From: Pseudomonadota bacterium
GTDB taxonomy: Bacteria; Pseudomonadota; Alphaproteobacteria; Acetobacterales; Acetobacteraceae
DNA: 24,000 bases
Direction of reading: 5' to 3'
Assembly (NCBI GenBank): GCA_021849425.1
Contig: JAJZSY010000002.1
Location: 142,524 to 166,523 of the forward strand
The notes under the pieces are model-generated. The model was not told the origin of the DNA and did not search any database. It worked only from the letters and a program-made list of their open reading frames with translations. Position 1 is the stretch's first letter, and every line of letters begins with the position of its first letter. The position numbers and the translations under genes are program-made. Below, one piece after another: positions 9,432-17,450 of this stretch.

Positions 9432-10430
9432 ATGGCAGGCTCGTTGCGGCAACCATACAATTTCGTGAGCCCGGTCCTCGCGGTTCATGCCGACTGGAGC
9501 GTGAGCCCCGCGAAGCGCTGGATGAGCGTCGCCAGGCGAGAGGGTGGGCGCTGGCGGATCGGGGCGCCGGAGCCAGTGGGCGAAGCCGCAACCCTTGCCG
9601 CCCGCCTGCTCGAACGCGCCGCCGGTGCTGCTGTTGCGCTCGGCGTCGACTTCCCGCTCGGCCTACCCCGTGCCTATGCGCGCGCCGCCGGCATCGACGA
9701 TTTCGCGGCGTGGCTTGCGCGGCTCGATCCCGCCGCGCCCCTGTTTCACCCCTGCGCTAATCTTGCCGAAATCAGCCTCGGGCGACCGTTCTACCCGCTG
9801 AAAACCGTCGCCGGCGCCGGGCAGATGGCCCGCCTCGCGGCCGCGCTTGGGCTGGACGACGCGGCTTCGCTGCGCCGCGCGGTCGATTGCCGGACCGCGC
9901 GGCGGCCGGCCGGCGCGCCACTGTTCTGGACGATGGGGGCCAACCAGTGCGGCAAGGCGGCCATTTCAGGCTGGCGGGATTGCCTGCTGCCCGCCCTGGC
10001 ACAGGGGCTCACACTGCGCCTCTGGCCCTTTGCCGGAGCGTTTCACAACCTGCTCGCACCGGATGGTATCGCCGTTGCCGAGACCTATCCCGCCGAAGCC
10101 ATGGTGCAGACCGGCCTCAGACTGGCCGGGAGCAAGCGTCGACAATCGGACCGGTCGAGCCTCGCCCCTGCCCTGCACGCCTATTTCACCGCTTGGCGTC
10201 ACGATCCCGTGCCGGAGTTGATCGCCCGGATAGACGATGGATTCGGCGCCGCACCTGAGGGCGAGGATGCATTCGACTCCCTGCTTGGCGTGCTGGGGCT
10301 GGTCCGGGTGATCGATGGGGCGCCAGATGGCACGGAGACGGGGCTTCCGGGCGATTCGGCCATCATCCGCGCGGTCGAGGGCTGGGTTCTGGGCCAGGTC
10401 GATCCGCCGCTGCCTCCCGCTCCCGCATGA
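9432..10430 (+). CDS. hypothetical protein, DUF429-like predicted RNase-H-fold nuclease
   Basis: 332-aa ORF with good G/C third-position bias. Several motifs resemble my recollection of the DUF429 / predicted RNase-H-fold nuclease families: HADWS near the N-terminus, GVDFPLGLP, AVDCRTARR...PLF, ETYPAEA, and EDAFDSLLG near the C-terminus. The function is inferred only, and the start is uncertain (GTG 9465 is possible). Confidence 0.6.
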   Translation: MAGSLRQPYNFVSPVLAVHADWSVSPAKRWMSVARREGGRWRIGAPEPVGEAATLAARLLERAAGAAVALGVDFPLGLPRAYARAAGIDDFAAWLARLDPAAPLFHPCANLAEISLGRPFYPLKTVAGAGQMARLAAALGLDDAASLRRAVDCRTARRPAGAPLFWTMGANQCGKAAISGWRDCLLPALAQGLTLRLWPFAGAFHNLLAPDGIAVAETYPAEAMVQTGLRLAGSKRRQSDRSSLAPALHAYFTAWRHDPVPELIARIDDGFGAAPEGEDAFDSLLGVLGLVRVIDGAPDGTETGLPGDSAIIRAVEGWVLGQVDPPLPPAPA

Positions 10431-11034
10431 GCGTCGCCTCCTCGTCGCGGCCGGATGCGGCGAGCGCGGCAATCACGCCGGCGCGATCGGCCGGCGGGCG
10501 GTTCTGGCTGAGCTTGCGCTTCGCGATCACGGAGTCGATCCGCATCACGAGCCCGACGATCCCCTTCAGCTGGGCGGCGATGAAGTCGTCCGGCGCATCA
10601 TCCACAAGCCACGGCACGGGCTGCGATGCCTCCTCGCGGTCGGTCAGAGTCGCCACGATCTGGCGCAGCAGCACCGCATCCTCGACGATCTCCACCGGCC
10701 CGCGCGCATGCACCGCCTCGTAATTCCAGGTCGGCACGACACGGCCAGTCTCCCGCTTGGTCGCATACCAGCCGGGCGAGACGTAGAAATCATGTGCCTG
10801 GAAAATCGCCATCGTCGGCGCGCCATCGCGCAGCGCCTGCCACTGGCGGTTGGCGCGGGCAAGATGCCCGACCAGCGTGCCGTGAGGCGCCGGATCGGTG
10901 CGATGGAACAGCGGGAGATGCGTCGCCTCCAGCCCCGCCGCGCCCGCCGTCACCAGGATCGGCAGGCGACAGGCGCGGATGATACCGGCGATGACCGCCG
11001 GATCATCCTCGGCGAAGGCCGGCGGGGTATACAT
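10363..11034 (-). CDS. paiB: FMN-binding negative transcriptional regulator, PaiB family
   Basis: 223 aa. The N-terminus is MYTPPAFAEDDPAVIAGIIRA... and a KRKLSQNRPPADRAGVI segment lies near the C-terminus. Both are characteristic of PaiB-family proteins. It starts 9 nt downstream of aroK/aroB on the same strand. Confidence 0.8.
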   Translation of the reverse strand: MYTPPAFAEDDPAVIAGIIRACRLPILVTAGAAGLEATHLPLFHRTDPAPHGTLVGHLARANRQWQALRDGAPTMAIFQAHDFYVSPGWYATKRETGRVVPTWNYEAVHARGPVEIVEDAVLLRQIVATLTDREEASQPVPWLVDDAPDDFIAAQLKGIVGLVMRIDSVIAKRKLSQNRPPADRAGVIAALAASGRDEEATLMREREAAADRPGPEPSPRPRG

Positions 11035-11043
11035 CGGCGCTGA

Positions 11044-12702
11044 TCAGCCCGCGCCGCAGGCGATCAGCGTCGCCCGAACCGCCTCCACCGGCACCTCGCG
11101 GCTGGTGAACGCGCCACCGATGCCGCGGGCCAGCACGAAGGCAAGCCTGCCATCGCGCATCTTCTTGTCACGCTGCATATGGCCGAGCAGCGCATTGGCG
11201 CTCCAGCCGCCGATCCGGTGCGGCAGGCCGACCGCTTGCAGATGCGCGGCGATGCGCGGCGCGATCGCCGCATCGCAATGGCCGAGCCGGGCCGAAAGAT
11301 CGAACGCGCAGACCAGGCCGATCGCCACCGCTTCGCCATGCAGCAGCGCCGTGCCATAGCCGGTCTCTGCTTCGAAGGCGTGGGCGAAAGTGTGGCCGAG
11401 ATTGAGCAGCGCGCGGCCGTCCTGCTTCGCCTGCTCACGCGGGTCGGCCATTACCACCCGTGCCTTGAAGGCGACGGCGCGGGCGATCGCCTCTTCCTGC
11501 AAGCCCTGATCGCCCCCGAGCAGCGCCGCGCCATGCGTCTCGCACCAGTCGTACAGCGCGGGATCGGCGATCAACCCCGCCTTGACGATTTCCGCATAGC
11601 CGGCGGCGGCCTCCCGGCGCGGCAGGGTCGCCAGCGTATCGCTGTCGATGATCACGAGGCGGGGCTGGTGAAACGCACCGACAAGGTTCTTGCCATGACG
11701 TGAATTCACGCCAGTCTTGCCGCCGACGCTGGAATCCACTTGGGCGAGCAGCGAGGTCGGGATCTGCGCAAAAGGCAGCCCGCGCAGCACGCTCGCCGCA
11801 GCGAACCCGGCGAGATCGCCCATGACACCGCCGCCGAGCGCTATGATCGCGGTCTGCCGTTCGGGCTGCAGCGCGAGAATGTCCTCGACCAGCGCGGCGA
11901 AACGCGCAAGGCTCTTCGATCCCTCGCCGGGCGGAACGATGAGCCGCTCATGGATGAAGCCCGCATCGTCGAGCGCGCGCTCAAGCCGCGGCAAATGGGT
12001 CTGCGCGACATTGGCATCGGTGACCACCACGGCACGGCGCGCCGGCAGCGCCCCGGCAAGGCGGGCGCCCGCGCCATCGAGCAAGCCGCGGCCGATCACG
12101 ACGTCATAGCCGGCGTCGGGCAGGTCGATCCGCACTGTCTGCGCCGGCGCGTGGCGGGCAAGGGCGGCGGCAACGGTCTGCGTGGTCATGTCCGGCGAGT
12201 CCTCGGTGCTGTCAACGATGATGTCGGCTCCGGCATAGACCGGCCCGCGCAGCGCGGAAAGCCGCGACAGAATTTCGCCAGGGTCGCCCTGATTGAGCAG
12301 TGGCCGGTGGGTCCGGCCGCGCACCCGGCCAAGCAAGACGCCGATGGTCGCGCGCAGCCACACCGAGACCGCTCGCGCCGCGATCACAACGCGGGTGTCC
12401 GGGTCCATGAAAGCGCCCCCACCGGTCGCGAGCACGACTGGTGAACCGCCGAGCAGGCGGGCAATCACTTCCCGTTCGCGGGAGCGAAAAGCTGCCTCGC
12501 CTTCGGTTGCGAAGATCTCGGCAACCGTCTTGCCCGAAACCGCCTCGATTTCGGCATCGGAGTCGTGGAACGGCAGCTGGAGCCGCGCCGCCAGCCTCCG
12601 GCCCACCGCCGATTTCCCCGCGCCCATCAGCCCGATCAGCACGATGCTGCACCCTCGATAAGCGCCGGGCACGCCAGCGGCATGAAAACTCTTGTCGGAC
12701 AT
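11044..12702 (-). CDS. aroKB: bifunctional shikimate kinase / 3-dehydroquinate synthase (AroK-AroB fusion)
   Basis: One uninterrupted ORF. The N-terminal part has the shikimate-kinase P-loop (LIGLMGAGKSAVGRRLA) and the DSD and GGG motifs. From about aa 200 it is a complete dehydroquinate synthase (GEGSKS, GGGVMGDLAGFAA, SSVGGKTGVN, LNLGHTFAHA, HGEAVAIG). ATG 12702 is preferred; an upstream GTG at 12720 is an alternative. Confidence 0.9.
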   Translation of the reverse strand: MSDKSFHAAGVPGAYRGCSIVLIGLMGAGKSAVGRRLAARLQLPFHDSDAEIEAVSGKTVAEIFATEGEAAFRSREREVIARLLGGSPVVLATGGGAFMDPDTRVVIAARAVSVWLRATIGVLLGRVRGRTHRPLLNQGDPGEILSRLSALRGPVYAGADIIVDSTEDSPDMTTQTVAAALARHAPAQTVRIDLPDAGYDVVIGRGLLDGAGARLAGALPARRAVVVTDANVAQTHLPRLERALDDAGFIHERLIVPPGEGSKSLARFAALVEDILALQPERQTAIIALGGGVMGDLAGFAAASVLRGLPFAQIPTSLLAQVDSSVGGKTGVNSRHGKNLVGAFHQPRLVIIDSDTLATLPRREAAAGYAEIVKAGLIADPALYDWCETHGAALLGGDQGLQEEAIARAVAFKARVVMADPREQAKQDGRALLNLGHTFAHAFEAETGYGTALLHGEAVAIGLVCAFDLSARLGHCDAAIAPRIAAHLQAVGLPHRIGGWSANALLGHMQRDKKMRDGRLAFVLARGIGGAFTSREVPVEAVRATLIACGAG

Positions 12703-12708
12703 CGTTGC

Positions 12709-12729
12709 GCGGATTACCACAAAATCCGC
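12709..12729. promoter_or_regulatory. Perfect 7-bp inverted repeat with 7-nt spacer in the aroKB/xerD divergent gap (operator or shared 5'-UTR hairpin)
   Basis: GCGGATT (12709-12715), ACCACAA, AATCCGC (12723-12729). It ends 1 nt before the xerD ATG (12730) and begins 7 nt from the aroKB ATG (12702). Confidence 0.3.
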
Positions 12730-13647
12730 ATGGCACTAGAGCGGCATATCGAAGCTTTCCTCGAATCGATGGTTGCCGAGCGCGGGGCGGCGCAGAACAC
12801 CGTTCTCGCCTATCAGGCCGATCTCGCCGATTTCGCGGCATTCTGCACCGCGCACGGCAGCGGACCGGCCGCCGCTGATGCCGCGATCGTGACCGACTAT
12901 CTCGCGAGCCTGGCCGCGGCAGGCCTCTCCGCCCGGACCCAGGCGCGGCGCCTCTCGGCGCTGCGGCAGTTCCAGCGCTTCCTGCTGCGCGACGGGCAGC
13001 GCCCCGACGACCCCACCGCCCTCACATCCTCGCCGAAGCAGCCGCGGACGCTTCCAAACACGATCACCGAAGCGGAAGTGAGCGCGCTGCTCGCTGCGGC
13101 GGCTGCTCTCTCCGGCACCTCGGGGCGGGTGGCCGAGGCGGGGCTGGAAATTCTGTATGCGACGGGGATGCGGATTTCAGAAATGCTGGCCCTGCCCGCC
13201 AATGCGCTGCCGCAGGATGGCAACATGCTGCTGATCCGCGGCAAGGGCGGACGCGAGCGGATCGTGCCACTTTCCGAAGCCGCACGGGACGCGGCGAGGA
13301 AATTGCTGGACACCAATCCCGAGCGGCCGGCGCGCTACCTCTTTCCCGGCCGCCGCAAAGGAATGCCGATGACCCGACAGGCCTTCGCGCGTCTGCTGAA
13401 GCGGGTCGCGTTCGCCGCCGGGATCGATCCCGGCCGGCTTTCGCCGCACGCCCTGCGCCATGCCTTTGCGACCCATCTTCTCGCCCACGGCGCGGATTTG
13501 CGGAGCCTGCAGACGCTGCTCGGCCATGCCGACATCTCGACAACACAAATCTATACGCATGTGCTCGCGGCGCGACTGCAAAAACTCATGGAAGACCATC
13601 ATCCGATGGCCCGCGGCGGTTCAGGGCCCGGCGAACAACACTCCTGA
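12730..13647 (+). CDS. xerD: site-specific tyrosine recombinase XerD
   Basis: 305 aa from ATG 12730 (MALERHIEAFLESMVAERGAAQNTVLAYQADL). The C-terminal catalytic region is HALRHAFATHLLAHGADLRSLQTLLGHADISTTQIYTHV...HHP, which carries the R-H-R-Y tyrosine-recombinase signature and the XerD-like tail. The track ORF from 12565 is an upstream extension overlapping aroKB. Confidence 0.9.
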   Translation: MALERHIEAFLESMVAERGAAQNTVLAYQADLADFAAFCTAHGSGPAAADAAIVTDYLASLAAAGLSARTQARRLSALRQFQRFLLRDGQRPDDPTALTSSPKQPRTLPNTITEAEVSALLAAAAALSGTSGRVAEAGLEILYATGMRISEMLALPANALPQDGNMLLIRGKGGRERIVPLSEAARDAARKLLDTNPERPARYLFPGRRKGMPMTRQAFARLLKRVAFAAGIDPGRLSPHALRHAFATHLLAHGADLRSLQTLLGHADISTTQIYTHVLAARLQKLMEDHHPMARGGSGPGEQHS

Positions 13648-13657
13648 ACACCCGGCC

Positions 13658-14503
13658 CTATTTCGCGAGCAGCCGACGGGCAATCGACTGCAGGGCCGCC
13701 GCGGTGGGGGATTGCGGGAATTCGGAGAGAAACAGACGCTGGCCGCGGATCGCCTCACCGATATTCTCGTCCCGCTGGATGATGCCGAGCAGCGGAGGAT
13801 CAAGGCGCAGGAAGCCGCGGGCGGCACGCGCCAGAGCGGCATGAGCCCTTCGGCCGGCGCGTTCGGTCTCGATCTGGTTGATCACGATCCGCGCGTCCAC
13901 GGGCGCGCCACGCTCCGCCCGATCGCGCTGGAGCAGCTTGAGAACGGCATATCCATCGGTCAAACTCGCCGGATCGCCGGTCGAGATCAGAACCAGCGTG
14001 TCGGCCAGCGCCGCGAGATGGCGCGATGCAGGCTCGACGCCTGTGCCAAGGTCGAGCAGGACGATGTCGTATCTGGCCCTCGCGTCGAGCAGATTGCGAA
14101 CAAGGCGCTCGATCACCGCCGGCTCGATGCCGGAGAAAGTGCCCGAGCCCGCCTCTCCCGCCAGGAGATCGAACCCGCCCTGCCCGACCGTGACAACGCT
14201 ATCCGCCAGTGAGGCCTCGTTGCGCAGAAGCGCCCCGATATCGGACTCGGCGAGATGACCGATCTGGATATCGGCATTGGCGAGCCCAAAATCAGCGTCG
14301 AGAACCAGAATACGCGCCCCGCGTGCGCTCATCGCCTGCGCCAGCGAGAGGGTAAGCCAGGTTTTGCCAACGCCGCCCTTTCCCGAGGCAATGGCGATCA
14401 GGCGCGGCTGCCGGTGCGGCGCTGGCGTCACGGGATGACGCTGCGCGCGGTCATTGAGAGCAGACATGCCGGCGGGGCGGAGAAAGACGGGCTCAGGCCG
14501 CAT
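13658..14503 (-). CDS. flhG: MinD/ParA-family ATPase, flagellar number/placement regulator FlhG
   Basis: It has the deviant Walker A IASGKGGVGKT, then VLDAD and DIVLLD motifs, and a C-terminal amphipathic-looking end (AAALQSIARRLLAK). It lies immediately downstream of flhF. The start is uncertain: ATG 14503 overlaps flhF by 11 nt, ATG 14467 leaves a 25-nt gap, and the track start 14509 is a TTG. Confidence 0.8.
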   Translation of the reverse strand: MRPEPVFLRPAGMSALNDRAQRHPVTPAPHRQPRLIAIASGKGGVGKTWLTLSLAQAMSARGARILVLDADFGLANADIQIGHLAESDIGALLRNEASLADSVVTVGQGGFDLLAGEAGSGTFSGIEPAVIERLVRNLLDARARYDIVLLDLGTGVEPASRHLAALADTLVLISTGDPASLTDGYAVLKLLQRDRAERGAPVDARIVINQIETERAGRRAHAALARAARGFLRLDPPLLGIIQRDENIGEAIRGQRLFLSEFPQSPTAAALQSIARRLLAK

Positions 14504-15374
14504 GAGCAACAGCGTCGCTGGCGGTGCTGGCGGCGAGCAGGCGCTCGACGATGAAGGCGGGAGTTACAGGCTCAAGCGCATCGCTGACGCGGCCGGAGGT
14601 TCCGGCCTCGGTCAAGGTGAGGGGCACGGCCCCGGCCGTCGCCACCAGGCCGCCGAGACGGCGGGATATGTCGAGCCGGGTCGGGATCAGCGAGGTTGCA
14701 CCCGCCTCATGAAACCGCGAGGCGATCTCGACGCTGTCGGTCGCATCGAGGCCGGCCGGCAGCACCAGCGCCACGGTGCCGCCAACCTCCTCTGCCATCG
14801 AACGGAGTGTGTCCATCTCCGCGTTGTCGAACGGATCCATGCCCGGCAGATCGATCAGTGTCGGCCGCAGCGCGGCCGGCCGCCGCCGGATGGCCTTGGT
14901 ATTTGCCGCAGTGTCGATGAATTCGGCCCGCAGGATCCGACAAAGCGCCGCCAGCTGGGCAGAGGCCCCCGCGCGGTTCTGATCGGCGTTGATCACGGTC
15001 GGCCGGATGCCGGAGAGTGTAAAGCGCGTGGCGAGTTTTACCGTTGTCATCGTCTTGCCGGCGCCCGGCGGCCCGGCGATGATCAGCGGCCGATCGAAAT
15101 CAAGCTTGCCGAAGGCAAAGGCGCCCGAGACGGCTTCGTCCGGTGACTGATCCGCCCACGCAGTCGCGATCTCGGCCGGCACGCCGTGAAACGATAGCGC
15201 CTGCCGCCAGGGATTGGCCGCATCCTGCGGCACTTCAGGATCGAGTGCGACGGTGATTTCGAACTCGCGTCCGCGCCGGCGGCTGTCGAGGATCAGCGCA
15301 TCGGGACCGAGGAGGCGATGGGCCTCGGCGAATGCCTCGCGCATGGAGGCCGACCTGATCACTTTGACTTTCAT
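14493..15374 (-). CDS. flhF: flagellar biosynthesis GTPase FlhF (short form)
   Basis: 293 aa. The N-terminal B-domain-like segment is MKVKVIRSASMREAFAEAHRLLGPDALIL. SRP-type G-domain motifs are GPPGAGKT (aa 101-108), ADQNRAGASAQL, DLPG (175-178) and TRLD (232-235). A GGAG Shine-Dalgarno lies about 8 nt upstream. The position between flhA and flhG supports the call. Confidence 0.8.
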   Translation of the reverse strand: MKVKVIRSASMREAFAEAHRLLGPDALILDSRRRGREFEITVALDPEVPQDAANPWRQALSFHGVPAEIATAWADQSPDEAVSGAFAFGKLDFDRPLIIAGPPGAGKTMTTVKLATRFTLSGIRPTVINADQNRAGASAQLAALCRILRAEFIDTAANTKAIRRRPAALRPTLIDLPGMDPFDNAEMDTLRSMAEEVGGTVALVLPAGLDATDSVEIASRFHEAGATSLIPTRLDISRRLGGLVATAGAVPLTLTEAGTSGRVSDALEPVTPAFIVERLLAASTASDAVAHAA

Positions 15375-17450
15375 TCAAATCGCTCCAACGGTTCTGATGC
15401 GCGCGCGCGGGAAAATTTCGGTCTGGGCAAGCACCGGGGTGGACGGGCGGATACGTTCGAGGATCGCCCGCACATGGGCGCGAAGTTGCGGACTGGTGAG
15501 CAGCACGGGCGTCTCGCCCTCGGCGCCAGCGGCCTCGAAAACCTGGGCGAGCCGGCGGGTGAACTCGGTCAGCCGGTTTGGCGGAAGCGAAAGCTGCCGC
15601 GCCTCCGCAGGCCCCACCAGCGCCTCGCTGAGCTCGGTTTCCCATTCCGGGCCGATAATCACGAGCGGCACATATCCGTGCATGCCGGTATGGGCGTCTG
15701 TGAGCTGGCGAGCGAGGCGGGTGCGGACATGCGCGGCAATGACCGGGATCGCCCGCAACTGCATCGAGACCGCCTCGTGAATGCCCTCGAGGATTGTCGG
15801 GAGATCGCGGATCGATACACGCTCGGCCAGCAGGGCTTGCAGCACGCGCTGCACCCCGCCGACGGAGAAATGAGTCGGGATGAGGTCGGTAACCAGACGC
15901 TGCTGTTCACGCGGCAGATCGTCGAGCAGCTTCTGGGTTTCGGCGAAGGAGAGCATCTCGGCCATGTTGTCCTTGACCACCTCTGTCAGATGCGTGGTCA
16001 GCACGCTTGCCGGGTCGACCACGGTGCAGCCGAGACCGATCGCCCGTTCACGGTCGACCTGATCGATCCAGATCGCCGGCAAGTTGAAGGCAGGCTCCGT
16101 GGTCGGGTCGCCTGGCAGTTCCGGCAGGGTCCCCGAAGGCGTCATTGCCAGCAACCGGGTCGGCTGCAGAACGCCGGATGCCGCCTCGATCTCCTTGATC
16201 CGCACGGAATAGGTCGTTGCGGCCAGTTGCATGTTGTCCTGAATCCGCACCGGCGGCAGGATGAAGCCCATTTCGGTGGCAATGGCCCTGCGCAGCGCCT
16301 TGATCTGCTCGGTCAGGCGGGGCGTGTCGCCACCCGCCAGCACAAGCAGCGCATAGCCGAGTTCAAGCCTGATCTGGTCGATCTTCAGCGCATCGGTAAT
16401 CGGCGGCTCCGCCGGAATGGCGGGTTCCGGCGTCGCCTCCTCATGGCCGGACGGCGGCGGATTCTTCCAACGGTAATAGGCCCCCCATCCCGCAAGGCCG
16501 GACAAGGCGAGAAACGGGATGAACGGCAGCCCCGGCAGGATTGCGAGCACGAAAGCACCTGCCGATGCGATCGCGAGCGGCTTGTGCGAGCGGCTGAGCT
16601 GGGCCACCAGCGCCGCATCCGCGGTGCCTTCAGCGCTGCCTTTGGTCACCACGATACCAGCGGCCACCGAAACCAGCAGCGCCGGGATCTGCGACACCAG
16701 CCCCTCACCGATCGAGAGGGTGGTGAATGCCGATGCCGCGTCATGCACGGACATGCCGCGCTGCACGACGCCAATGGCAAAGCCGCCAACGATATTGATC
16801 GAGGTGATGATCAGCGCCGCGATCGCGTCGCCGCGCACGAATTTCGCGGCACCGTCCATCGCGCCGTAAAAGCCGCTCTCCTGCTCCAGGTCCGCACGTT
16901 TGCGGCGGGCTGTCACTTCGTTGATCGCGCCGGAATTGAGCTCGGCGTCGATCGCCATCTGCTTGCCGGGAATGCCATCCAGGGTGAACCGCGCCGCGAC
17001 CTCGGCGATGCGGGTTGAACCCTTCGTGATCACGATGAAATTCACCACGATCAGGATCGCAAAGACGATCAGCCCGATCAGCAGGTCCCCCCCCATGAGG
17101 AAGCCGCCGAACGCCGCGATGACGTGGCCGGCGGCTTCGGGGCCTTCATTACCATGCGAGAGAATTTCGCGTGTCGCCGCGATGTCGAGCGAGAGGCGAA
17201 GCAGCGTCGTCAGCAGGAGGACTGTCGGAAAGCTCGTGAAATCGATCGGCCGGCGGATGAACAGCGCGACCATGAGCACGAGGATGCTGCCGGTAAAGGA
17301 CAGCGACAGGCCGGTATCGAGCAGGAAGGGCGGCAGCGGCACGATCAGGATGGTGATGATGCACACCACTCCGATCGCGAGACCGATATCGGTGCCGATC
17401 CGGATTTCCTGCAGACGCCCCCGCAGGGTCGCGATGTCCGTCGCGGCCAT
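15375..17450 (-). CDS. flhA: flagellar type III export gate protein FlhA
   Basis: 691 aa. The N-terminal polytopic membrane domain has FHIPEP-family sequence (FPTVLLLTTLLRLSLDIATTR-like, ...VRGDAIAALIIT...). The large cytoplasmic C-terminal domain resembles FlhA (GFILPPVRIQDN...). Confidence 0.95.
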   Translation of the reverse strand: MAATDIATLRGRLQEIRIGTDIGLAIGVVCIITILIVPLPPFLLDTGLSLSFTGSILVLMVALFIRRPIDFTSFPTVLLLTTLLRLSLDIAATREILSHGNEGPEAAGHVIAAFGGFLMGGDLLIGLIVFAILIVVNFIVITKGSTRIAEVAARFTLDGIPGKQMAIDAELNSGAINEVTARRKRADLEQESGFYGAMDGAAKFVRGDAIAALIITSINIVGGFAIGVVQRGMSVHDAASAFTTLSIGEGLVSQIPALLVSVAAGIVVTKGSAEGTADAALVAQLSRSHKPLAIASAGAFVLAILPGLPFIPFLALSGLAGWGAYYRWKNPPPSGHEEATPEPAIPAEPPITDALKIDQIRLELGYALLVLAGGDTPRLTEQIKALRRAIATEMGFILPPVRIQDNMQLAATTYSVRIKEIEAASGVLQPTRLLAMTPSGTLPELPGDPTTEPAFNLPAIWIDQVDRERAIGLGCTVVDPASVLTTHLTEVVKDNMAEMLSFAETQKLLDDLPREQQRLVTDLIPTHFSVGGVQRVLQALLAERVSIRDLPTILEGIHEAVSMQLRAIPVIAAHVRTRLARQLTDAHTGMHGYVPLVIIGPEWETELSEALVGPAEARQLSLPPNRLTEFTRRLAQVFEAAGAEGETPVLLTSPQLRAHVRAILERIRPSTPVLAQTEIFPRARIRTVGAI

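Noticed and set aside
12731-12745. Sigma-54-like spacing TGGCAC-N5-..GC (GG-N10-GC) at the xerD start codon.
   Set aside because: The -12 element is CGGC rather than TTGC(A/T). The motif overlaps the xerD ATG itself, so it could not drive xerD, and there is no other downstream target. It is most likely a coincidence.
12730-13647. A tyrosine recombinase as a possible marker of an integrated mobile element or genomic island.
   Set aside because: The sequence has the XerD-specific C-terminal signature. The gene sits in the conserved divergent aroK/aroB-xerD arrangement among housekeeping genes. I saw no att-like direct repeats, no tRNA target, no phage or transposon genes, and no obvious composition shift by eye.
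13658-14503. The ParA/MinD-family ATPase as a plasmid or chromosome partition gene, implying a replicon origin or plasmid region.
   Set aside because: It lies immediately downstream of, and is coupled to, flhF within a flagellar operon. There is no parB, no centromere-like repeats and no replication gene nearby. It has a MinD/FlhG-like amphipathic C-terminus.
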